DNA of 64,000 bases, from the NCBI GenBank assembly GCA_025594325.1, contig JANHCV010000002.1, forward strand, positions 2,046,001-2,110,000, given 5' to 3'. Origin of the DNA: Blastocladiella emersonii ATCC 22665 (lineage: Eukaryota > Fungi > Blastocladiomycota). The notes beneath the pieces are model-generated. The model ran no database searches. It was given only the letters and a program-made list of their open reading frames with translations, and had not been told where the DNA came from. The first letter of the stretch is position 1. The number at the start of each line of letters is the position of its first letter. Shown here piece by piece: positions 1 through 9,795 of this stretch. The translations under genes were made by a program, and so were the position numbers.

Positions 1-126
1 GGCGGGCACCGACATCTTATCCGCGGCGGCGGCCGCCGTGGCCATCGCCGTTGTACCACCCAAATCCGCAGGTTTTGGCTTCGAGGACGTCGCGGCCTGC
101 TCCGCTACGCCCGACTGGCGTTTCCC
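1..126 (-). CDS. pol: Start of pol frame after -1 frameshift (partial)
   Basis: G GGA AAC in gag frame at 126-120; the -1 frame (RQSGVAEQAATSSKPKPADLGGTTAMATAAAAADKMSVPA) stays open to the window edge. No protease motif is visible yet. Confidence 0.6.
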
Positions 127-1181
127 GACGACGAGCGCGGGGGCGACGGGCAATCAGCCGCCTTGTGGCCGTAGCCCTTGCAGTTGTAGCACTTGATGTC
201 GGTGAGGGCGCGGCCCTGGTGCGCCGCCGCCCGCTGCCGAATCGCGCCAACGTCCATGGCGTCCGGGTCCGGGACGAGCTCGGCCGCGACGCCCGTCGCC
301 CCGCCCTCGTGCACCAGGAAGTGCTCGACCATCTTGTCGAAACGGTAGCCCTTGCGCAGCGAGGCGAAGGCCACGTCCGCGGCCAGCGGCGAGTTGCCGG
401 CCGTGACCACCAGGTAGAACTGCATCGCCAGCTCGCTGAGCGCGCGGTAGCCTGCACCGGACGCGGTCTGGCGGAACTTGGAGACGAAATCGCGCGCCGG
501 CATGGCGCCGCGCACGTACTTGAGGTTCTTGAGCTCGTGCGCGTACTCGGTCTCCGACTTCTCGGCCGGCTGCGTTGACTTGACGAGGGAGATGTAGGCG
601 TTGAACGAGCCGTAGTCCTCAAACTTGGACCCGGCCATCGCCAGCTCCACGGCCTCGAGCACCTTGCCCGTCAGCTTGCCGTGGAAGTGCGCAATCTTGA
701 ACTTCTCCGGGACGTTGAACGTGAGCTGGAGGATGCTCTCGTACTGCGTGATGGCGCTCTTGACCTTGAAGTTGACGCCGTCAACCGAATTCATGCGCAT
801 CAGCGCGTGCATCGCGGCCGGCGTGAAGCCATCAACGCCCACGCCCGGCCCGCGCGCGCTGCTGACCTGGATGCTGTCGAGCTCGCCCTGCAGGATACCG
901 TTGAGCGGCTGGCTCTGCTGCGTCTGCCGCAGCTCGACCTCGAGCGCATACGCGCGGCGCTCCGCCGTCTCGGCGCGCCGCTCGGCCGCGACCGCGCGGG
1001 CCTCGGTCGACACGCCCAGTTGCCAGTAGTCGCTGGCGACGTTGAGCGCGAGGAAGACGAGCTTGGCTTTGTCCTCGTACGGCATGACCAGGTCGCGCCA
1101 CGGCGCGAGCTGGTACTCGGGGACAATGGCCGCAACGTCAAACGTCGCCAGCTTTTTGAGGAACTGTGCCGGCGTTATCAT
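105..1181 (-). CDS. gag: Retrotransposon Gag, 358 aa
   Basis: First ATG at 1181 (the ORF track starts at an upstream GTG); DAMDVG motif and CYNCKGYGHKAADC zinc knuckle. Confidence 0.9.
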   Translation of the reverse strand: MITPAQFLKKLATFDVAAIVPEYQLAPWRDLVMPYEDKAKLVFLALNVASDYWQLGVSTEARAVAAERRAETAERRAYALEVELRQTQQSQPLNGILQGELDSIQVSSARGPGVGVDGFTPAAMHALMRMNSVDGVNFKVKSAITQYESILQLTFNVPEKFKIAHFHGKLTGKVLEAVELAMAGSKFEDYGSFNAYISLVKSTQPAEKSETEYAHELKNLKYVRGAMPARDFVSKFRQTASGAGYRALSELAMQFYLVVTAGNSPLAADVAFASLRKGYRFDKMVEHFLVHEGGATGVAAELVPDPDAMDVGAIRQRAAAHQGRALTDIKCYNCKGYGHKAADCPSPPRSSSGNASRA

Positions 1182-1224
1182 TTTGCCGTCGTGGAAGAAA
1201 TCACCGCTCGGAGGGGGTTTTACG

Positions 1225-1233
1225 GTGATACAA
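1225..1233 (-). other. Self-priming primer-binding site (TTGTATCAC)
   Basis: Starts 2 nt after the LTR end and is the exact reverse complement of GTGATACAA inside the LTR (1297-1305); no tRNA-type TGG PBS. Confidence 0.65.
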
Positions 1234-1235
1234 AG

Positions 1236-1409
1236 TGTAAGGTGCCGAGGGGGAGGGTCTTGTGCCACGAGGAATGACTAGCCGGATAATGAAGGATTGT
1301 ATCACGAATGACAAGAGAGAGGGAGAGCGAGGGCAACGCTCGGCTTATGAGGGACTGCGCCACCAGCCTGCGCCACCAGCCCGAGCCGTTGGATCACTGA
1401 ACCGTGACA
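1236..1409 (-). repeat. 5' LTR, 174 bp (element strand TGTCACGG...CCTTACA)
   Basis: TG/CA termini; CATAAGC followed by a CT-rich tract; 13-bp tandem duplication at 1355-1380; lies just upstream of gag. The partner LTR is outside the window, so the ends are inferred. Confidence 0.7.
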
Positions 1410-1438
1410 GCACCGCGTGATTTCCCGACGCGCCTCGC
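1410..1438 (-). promoter_or_regulatory. Family promoter motif, orphan copy abutting the LTR
   Basis: GCACCGCGTGATTTCCCGACGCGCCTCGC; 25/29 identical to the copy at 12091-12119. Confidence 0.55.
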
Positions 1439-1774
1439 GTCTCGCGGGTTTCACCTCCCACTCTCACTGCAACGCCAATTCCTGACTCGCTTGCGGGAGA
1501 CTTGCAGCGAAATGAATCGATCCACGTCGTCAAAACCCCGTGTTTCTGCCATGCAATGTGGCGCAGCGCGTCGCTGCCGTCCAAGCGGGCTAGCTCACGT
1601 TCATCCACTACGAAGCGCGAAGGGAGCTCAACGAAAGACAACTGTGTTTATAGAAGGAGCAACTACTGAGTTTGTATGCGGTGCAAACTAGGCGAACATG
1701 CCTTCATGCTGAGTCGTTTCCACGTTACCCACAAACGTCCAGCCCAACAGTCGTTGTTTCGTCCCAAGACTCGA

Positions 1775-3874
1775 TTACTGCGCTCGCTGGGCCCATGAAG
1801 TCTCAGCTAAAACCATGACGCTTCGAACTGATTGCTCCCAACTGCATCCATAGTTGCACATCCTCCACGACGCGTCCGCTCCTGGAATGTCGTCCCAAGA
1901 AGCAATCGCGCACAATCGGCCCCATGACCGCCTGATCATGGGCAAACGCGGGAGTAGCTGCTTTTGGTCTTTCACGCACTTGTCCAGCAGCAACGGGATG
2001 AGACCATGCCAAGCACGCTGGCGCATGAGCGGACAGCTGGGGCAGAGAGCTGGCGTTTGTTGGCCAACAAAGTACTCGGGTCGCAGCGACACGCCAAGGA
2101 CACCGTCGGGGATAATGAGAGACCGGATTATGGCGCGAAGGGAGAAGGGAGCCGTGTTGCCCGCATCGATCATGTCCAGACTGTCCTCGCTCAGTCCATT
2201 GCCTGCGGTCGAGATGAGAAGCCACACGAGGTCAACGGCTGCGGCCCAAACTGCGCGCTCCTCGTTTGCGTTCAAAGGAATCAAGGTGAACAGCCCGTCG
2301 GGAAGCGCGAGGTCTCCGTCATAGTCGAACAAAAAGTTGAACTGCCAATCTTTATGCCACTCGCCGTCGTTGATGGAGCACGCGCAGATGAAAATCATGG
2401 AGGATTAGGTTCCCGTTGTCGCCGTTGCTGTGAGGTCCCGGAACCAGAGCGAACAGCACAACCGCAAGAGCGACCTCCATGTATCCAATAGTTTCCAGAC
2501 AGCCATTGCGATACGCTACACGACCAGCGAATGTACTTGGGGACGTTTCAGGCTCGCGGTGTTGCACATGATAAAAAAAGTGCGGCGTGAGACGTACCAT
2601 CAAGGAGAAGGTACATCCAATCCTGCGCCGAGTATTGCTCGCGGATTTGCGCGACAAAGTCCAGCTCACCTCGAGCCACAAGCGCGCCGACGATGTCGCT
2701 CTATCGGCGCGGAGCAATGAAGCCATAACTGTCGAGAATTTCGATTTCGTCAAGCGAAAGCCCGCGATCAACCCATTTTGCAACCAAAGGACCGGGTTGC
2801 TTCTGCGTGTCATCCAGCTGAAAGTAACGAGGGACCAAGGTCTCAAGCAGCAGGGAGGGAGGGACCCAACACACAAGCTGCGTATCTTCGCGCCCAGGGT
2901 CGATTGCGAGTGCGGGGATGACGAGGTGAGGGAACTTGGCCAAGAGCGGGAAAAAGAGCTTGGGACCAACGATCAAGGTGGTGTGGACGTTCAAGTTCCG
3001 AACTGCCGTCGACATTTGCGCGCCGCGGTCGAGGAACCACGTGAAAAAGTGCTCTGAGTGCGGTGGTTGATGAAGTATAAACTCCGCCGGCTCCAGAGTG
3101 AACAACAGAGCGGTGAGCGCGGGCTCGTCAACACCGTACCGTGGCTCCTGGAGGAGAAGCTCAAAGCACGGGTATTTTCCGATCAAAGCACGGGTATTTT
3201 CCGATCAGCGTGGCCGAGTAAGAAAGAGCGGTACCGAATCGAACAGGCGACTGGGGCAGGCCACAGTCTTCGGCAAGGGCGTGCAAAAAGACAAGGTCCT
3301 CGACGAAGAAGATCCGTTCTTCAAGCTTGAGCTCCAGGTCAAGCAGTTGAGGCTTTTCGGCAACAAGCCTGTCGAGGATCAGCCGCAGCGCGTCCGTCTG
3401 GTCATCCACCATGGATTTGACCACAAGCCAAACTAGCGTGACGAGTGGGTACTTGAAAGAAAGTGGAACCGGTGCGTTCGGGTGGCGGCTTGCTCCGATG
3501 CTCGTGCAAGCGCTTCGGGTCAATGTCGCTGTCGCGGATGCGACGGCGCAAGACGGCCGCCAAGTTGACATAGAGCGGAGTGAGATGGCTATCGTCCTGA
3601 CCCGACGTCGAGGCGGAACCAGTATTAGTGCGCTTTTGGTACTCGACGTCAAACCACGTCACCACGTAGAGGGGATCAAGGTCCTCGTAGGAGCAATATT
3701 TCAGACTTTTGAGTACGGCGGAGAAGGTCCAAGAAGATGTCAGGGGTTCGTCGGCGACCGAGGCAGAAGAAACCTCGATGCGGCCGGGACGAGGGCACGC
3801 GGGATCGCGAATTGCAGCACAACGCTCACCAGCTCCGTGGGAAGCGTTGACAGGATGCGTCCATCAGTTTGCAT
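1775..3874 (-). pseudogene. Family paralog 1 (F-box-like N-terminus, Cys-rich C-terminus), pseudogene
   Basis: Colinear with paralogs 2-4 (MQTDGRILSTLPTELV..., LDG|A intron, LCPSCP, WGRLC). Lesions: 1-nt deletion near 3765, 22-bp tandem duplication at 3161-3204, TAG at 2701-2703, extra base near 2392. Confidence 0.85.
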
Positions 3875-3990
3875 CAGGTTATTGTTGCATGTAGGCTTTA
3901 CAGTGTGCTTCATTGCAACTCAACGGGGAGCGAGGACGGTGTGGCGCTGGGCATGCGCCGGCGATCAAGCAGTTTCAGAACGAGGCAGGC

Positions 3991-4019
3991 GCATCACGTT
4001 TTATCCCGACGCGTCTCGC
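3991..4019 (-). promoter_or_regulatory. Family promoter motif upstream of paralog 1
   Basis: GCATCACGTTTTATCCCGACGCGTCTCGC, matching the other family copies. Confidence 0.5.
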
Positions 4020-4217
4020 ATCCTGTCTCACAGCCGCGGCGGCTTGCGTGACGAGCTTCCCCGTCGCTAGCTGTACTCAAAATACGTTTTGCTTATTTCT
4101 CGCACCGTATGGAATCCACATTTCCGCTTTCACGAAACGCGTTGTATTGCTCCGAGCTATTGCAAGGGGCGCCTCGCGTCGTGCTGCCCGAGTCGAATAG
4201 ACCGTTAGCGGAACGAT

Positions 4218-6671
4218 TTAAGCAGTTGTACCAGACGAACCGACGGACCGGCTACTCGAAGAGCTGCTTGAGGAGCCACTCGAGGAGCTACTCGAGCCTA
4301 ATGAATCAAGTGGGAACTGCTCAGCTGCCTCCGGCGCGATCCGCGCAAACTCGGCTGCGGCGAGATCGTTACCAACGTCCTCGGGCAAGTTCGCGACCGC
4401 CTGTTGAACGAGAGCAGCGAGTGACTGAGCACCAGCGAGACCGTCCAGGGCGCCATCCGGCACCAAGCGCAAGACGTTATGCGAGACGCATCCCGAGTAC
4501 ACCTCGTTCCGCAGAGTGTCGAACGCCTCATGCGGATCGCTTTCGAATAGAAGCCGCGCAACAAGTAGGACAGATTCGACCGAGTCACAACCGCGAGAGC
4601 AACGCGAACCCAAGGAGGCGTTGTTGCCACCAAATGCATAGCTGCAAAGCCGTGACCAAAAGTCGTCAAAGAGTGAAGCCAAGTCACGATTCTCGCACTG
4701 ATAGCATAGCGCTTCCGCAAGACGCCGCCAGACCCACTGATCCGTAATCGGGCAGGACGGGCAATAAGGTTCGGCATAGGTCCAGTATTCGAACGGTTGT
4801 CTTGGAACGTGCTCGACCTGGAAGAGAGCTCGAATCGCGACATGAACGAATGTAGGGGAAGCTTGCATATGGTCGAAAACCATTTCCTCGGCGATGTTGT
4901 CGGACATGACCGACAATAAAAGCCAAGTCAAGTCGACTATCGTTTCCCCAACCACGCGATCCTCGACGGGACCGTGTTTCGCTGGGTCGAAGAGTCTGCA
5001 AGAGAGTTCAAGCTCGTAATTATGCCCAAAGAGGAAGTTCCGTTGCCAAGGAAAATCGTGGCCCTTTGAGCGCTTAAGGTGATGATCGATAAAATCGCCA
5101 AGCCGCAGAAAGCTGACATCGCCATTCGGCGGGCATCGAGTAAGAGCATAGAAAATCACGTCCGAGCGGGTTGCCCTGCCAGCGCGAGCTGTACGACTGC
5201 CGTTATAGTGAGCTACGCGTGATGTTAAGGTCAGGCTTCATTCGTCGCTGGATTAGGAAGTGCAAGTCGTACCGTCCAGCAGGAGCTTCTTCCATTGATC
5301 GCTGGAATAGCGACTGCGGAGACAATCAATTAAGGTCGTCTCTCGCCGAGCAATAGCTGCACCCAACACGTAGCTCCAGCACTTGGTCGCAACAAGACCG
5401 TGAGAGTCGAGTAGTTCGAAATGCTTGACAGGAAGATCGCGACTGAACCAGGACACGATAAAAGTTTCGAGCCGGCCAGGTACCAGCGCATCTTCGTCTT
5501 CGTCTTCGTCATCCTCCGAAAACGGGCCAGCGTGCGCAGCAGCACCTTGAAAATAAAGCGTATAGTCGTTCTCGTCGTGCTCGGAGTCTGAACCGCTTCG
5601 CTCGGAGTCCGAACTGTCTCGCTCGGAGTCCGAATCATCCAGCGCGGCATCTTCAAGAAGATTGGCATCCAAGTCATAGGCCGGTACGACAATATTTGAA
5701 AATTGTCGCAGAAGCGGAATGAAATGCGTGTGGCCGGCGGACGCTGCCGCGCAAACGTAGAGACTGCGCGTCGCTTCCGACCCTGGCGGGCAGCGCGAGA
5801 AGATCCACGAAATAATGGCTTTGGTGCTTGACGGAGACGTGTCTGCTGTCATCCGTTGGACCACGTAGTTTGCTGATGCCTCCGCGTAAAGCAACGAGAC
5901 GACGGTTGATTGGTCCACCGCGAAGCGGGGCTCGGTGACAAGAAGCTTGAAAGCCGAGAAATCCCAAGTCAGGACTGCGAGGTAGCACATGGCGTCGAGA
6001 AACCGAACCGGAGCAGTCGACATACCAAACTCGCCGGCAGGAGTGTCGACCGTGACAAACTCTTGGGCGAGTGAGGCCCACTGCGTGAGCTCGAGGTGAA
6101 TGTCCAGCAAAGGTCGCCGCTCGGCAACCATTTGATCGAGAATTTGCTCCAAAACATCCACGCGGCCGTGTGCCAAGGTCGCCACGACTAGCCGGACAAG
6201 CGAGAGCAACGGATCGGTAAAGATAGGTGTGATGCGTTCCGGATGCGAGCTCGCCGCATACTCGCGCAAGTGTGCCGTATTGACAACGCCGGGACGTAGC
6301 TTCCGGCGAAAACATGCGCTCAGGTTGACGAACACGGTGGCCGACATCGGAATCCAGCTGTGTGACGCAAAGTTGCCCGTGGACGAAGTTTGCACTGTTG
6401 CGATGCGGAGTTTCGACGAGAAAAGACGCGTCAGCTCGTCCTGGGGCGGGGGCGGGCGACTCTGGTAAAACGAATAGTACGGGTGACGCAGCGGCACGAC
6501 AAGCCGCTTGACAACGGTGACGGTCCAGGAAGCGGAGACGCGTTTGTCTGTAAATGCAGCGCGAAGCGAAGCCGATGCAGCCATGACCGCGGGGCGAGGG
6601 GCCGCGAGCTCTAGAACGGCGCCGACCAGCTCCGCGGGGAGACGCGCAAGGGTATTTTCATCTGTTTGCAT
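4218..6671 (-). CDS. Family paralog 2, intact, 797 aa; exons 6671-5273 and 5212-4218
   Basis: 60-bp GTACGA...CTGAC...TAG intron joins the two track ORFs in frame; LPAELVGAVL F-box-like start; CPSCP, WSRLC, CSRGC. Confidence 0.85.
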
Positions 6672-6780
6672 CGAGCTATTGGGCCAGGGGGATCCGTGGT
6701 ACGTCTCTATAGGACGGCTGCGAGGAGAGAGGAAGCGACGCGCGAGCGACGCGATGGGTGGGAATCGGTCGCGCTTGAAA

Positions 6781-6806
6781 CCATGTGATATCTCGACGCG
6801 TCTCAA
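6781..6806 (-). promoter_or_regulatory. Family promoter motif upstream of paralog 2
   Basis: GTGATATCTCGACGCGTCTC, identical to the core of the paralog 4 copy. Confidence 0.5.
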
Positions 6807-7008
6807 CTCACGCGCGTGCGAGCTCGTGCGCGAGCCATCGCGGGCTCGGTACCTGACGGGGCCGGGTTCCTCGAAACTGTCGAGTCAACAACGCGTATAT
6901 TGTATGAAATCAACAACGTCAAAAACACGAGGAGCAACATCATGTCCATGGGTGGCGAGACTGTCGTGGTCGAGGCGCATCTTCAAGGCCACGAAACTGC
7001 ACGGTGGC

Positions 7009-9233
7009 TCAACCCGAAGTCGCTTCTGCAGCGTTTCCCGGAGCCCCGTCTTCATCAGCAACGAGCTTCGAAACGAGCTGCGCCATGAAGCGGGGATTGA
7101 CTATGTTCTCCGCATCGTGTTCAATCGGAAGGAGACGCGCCAAGGTACTTTCAAAACCAGGAAACTCATTCCTCAGTGAAGCGACGCCACCCACAAACAT
7201 AACGTGTGCAGCGATCCGAGCCGAGCTAAAGTAGCTACAATCGCACGTTTTCTGAGAGTCTTCGCGGGGACCAGCATCATTCGCAATGCTGCAAAGTCGC
7301 GTCCACGGCTGGTCAATGAGATCCACGAGTAAGATTGGATGCTCTGGATTCCACATGCAGCAAAGCTCGGAGACCAGTTCGCGCCAGGGCCGCTGCGACA
7401 CGAGGGGACATTTTGAGCAATACTTTGGATCGGGCAAAAACGCGAGCATCTCCGGCGCGTCGCTGGTATCGACAGGCGCGAGCAGAGCCCGGATCACCGC
7501 GTGAAGGAGAAGAGACACGGAATTGGACATGGCGATCCGCTTGAGGAGCCCATCCTTGAGAGCGGGATTCGTCATGGTCGAGGTAAGAAACCATGTCAGA
7601 TCAACCGATGCGGCCCAATGCATGAGCTCCGAAGCATCATCCGTCGCAGTTGACAAAAGTAGCTGGGCGGGGATGGCAAGTTGCCCGCTCTTGCTGTCAA
7701 AGAGGAATATGGACCTCCAGTCGTTGCACACGTCGTCGTCATCGTAGCAAAAGTCGCTGATGAAGTCATGAAGCGTGTACTCGAATTCGCAGGTGTGAGG
7801 GCCTGGGACCAACGCGAATTGCATCACGGCCTTGGCAGCGTCGAGAGACCCTCGCGTGGCGCGCCGACCGTCGGCATAGGCTAGACTCGCACGTAAAAGG
7901 TCAAAATGTGTTTTGCGCCGAATAGTACTAGATTTTAGGTCGTACCATCGATGACCAGCTTCTTCCACTCCACGGGCGAGTACCGCTTGCGAAGCTTTGC
8001 AACATAGTCAAATTCTTCACGCGCAAGGACGGCACCGAGGATGAAGCTCCAGCATTTTTGCGCAACAAGCCCGTGGCCGTCGAGCATGTCGAGATCTGCG
8101 AGCGGAAGGTCACCGTCGACCCAAGCAATGATGTGGTTTCCAAGCAGCCGTTCGTTTATCTCGTCATCACCGAAAAAGTCATGCGTCGCGTCGTCAAGAA
8201 ACGCGTCATTGAACTGTTCGTCAAAAGCAAGCCCGGGCGTGATGACGTCGGGGAATTGCGAGAGGAGCGGAATGAGGACGCCGCTGCCCATGCGCGCTGC
8301 CTTGAGAACGTACTTACGACGCGTGGCATCCTCCAGTTCCGTGGCGCGCTCGAAGATCCAGCGGAAAATTGGGAGCGAGCGCCCCACTGAGGTCTTTGGA
8401 TTTGCGGCTTCAAGCACGAGAGTCGCTGGGTCCTCCATGCTAAGGAGTTCGAAGAGGGCTGTTTGGTCGACCGCGTAGCGAGACTCTCCAACGAGGAGCG
8501 AAAAGCACGAGTGATCCCAAGAGAACACGGAAAAGTAGGCGAGCGCGACGTGGAACGGGATTGGGTGTTCGGGAAAATCGTAATCTGGGGCTAAGATGAA
8601 TATCCCGGTGAACTCGTTGAGGAAGACGGCCCAATCCCAAAGATTGAGTTCCAGATTGAGGATCTGGCGCCCGCTGGCGACATCCATGTCGAGAATCTGT
8701 TGCATTGCCTCGGCTCGGTCCAGCACGGCGGTCCCGACGATGACACGGACAAGGTAGACAAGGTGGTCTTTAAAAATGGTAACGCTGCCCGTTCGCGTGC
8801 TCCAGTGAGTATCGACATACACCTCGATTGTACCCGGGTTTATGCCGTTTGGGCGGATACGGCGACGCAGCAGGCTGGCCAGTTTGACGAAATAGGTCGC
8901 AGGAACAGGGCTTGGTGCGTGAGGCGGATTTTCCGACTCGCCCGCCGGGCGCGGACCTTGATGGTTGAGGTCCACTGACATGATGCGACCCAGCCAAAAA
9001 TTGAAGTCACTCCCCGTGCGAGAAACAAATTCGGAGATGCGATTGCCCGTAGAGACGATCCAAGAGAACAATACGCGATCGTCGGCAACGACGGCGTGGA
9101 GCGAGGCCGAAGCGGCCGGGACGACAGTTCGCGGTGCGGCGAGCTGCAGGACGAAGCTCACAAGCTCGACGGGAAGCACCCCGAAGGCATATTAATTTGT
9201 TTGCATTAAGTTACTCATAGTTCCGCGCATCAT
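7009..9233 (-). pseudogene. Family paralog 3; single early nonsense codon, otherwise open; exons 9233-7946 and 7880-7009
   Basis: Codon 14 is TAA (9194-9192) where paralog 4 has GAA; 65-bp intron at the same LDG|A position. Confidence 0.75.
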
Positions 9234-9313
9234 GGCGGGCGTGATAAGCAGCGAGCTGTGGACGGAGCGGCGTTGATCCTGGCGAAGGACACAGACGGGT
9301 GTGTGGCGCAGCC

Positions 9314-9365
9314 ACACCGCGTGATATCGCAACGCGTCTCACCGCGTGTCTCACCGCGTGTCGCT
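9314..9365 (-). promoter_or_regulatory. Family promoter motif upstream of paralog 3, with tandemly repeated GTCTCACCGCGT
   Basis: ACACCGCGTGATATCGCAACGCGTCTCACCGCGTGTCTCACCGCGTG. Confidence 0.5.
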
Positions 9366-9795
9366 CACCGTCGCGAGCGAGACAAGAGCCGTTGGCAAAG
9401 CCCAATAAAACTTTGACGTTTCCTAAACTCTCGATCTACACGCTCGTTTGACGCTGACCTGGCCTAGCGCTCCACGGCGGCATGGTCCGCTCGCTCGGCC
9501 TGAGCCCCTGAGCAGGATTGCGCTGCTCACTCACTGGTCGCTGCTCGCTGGTAATTGATTGCGCGATTTCTTTTTATGGTCTCCAGCTATGTGAGCGAGG
9601 CATCGCAGACTTCGCGTTTTATGGTCGCGGGCGGGAAGCTTGACATGTTCGATTGTTTGCAACTGTGGAACTTTCTATCATGAATCGTAAAACAACAAAA
9701 ACCGGGCGAGTCGACGGTCAGGAAAATGCTGGCAAAATTGGAGTCGGGTCGAGCGCGATCAAAGCTCATCCGTGAGCTGGAAGGTAAATGACGGC

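Larger units (their letters stand above)
1..1409 (-). mobile_element. Ty3/gypsy (chromovirus-like) LTR retrotransposon, 5' part (LTR, PBS, gag, start of pol); continues beyond the window start
   Basis: Gag with CCHC knuckle, -1 slippery site into an open downstream frame, TG...CA LTR, PBS complementary to the LTR. Confidence 0.9.

Noticed and set aside
1182-1268. Gag start at GTG 1268
   Set aside because: That segment lies in the LTR and PBS; the first ATG is at 1181.
5545-5585. ENDYTLYFQG resembles the TEV site ENLYFQG
   Set aside because: P6 is Tyr, not Glu; it lies in a natural paralog with no vector context; coincidence.
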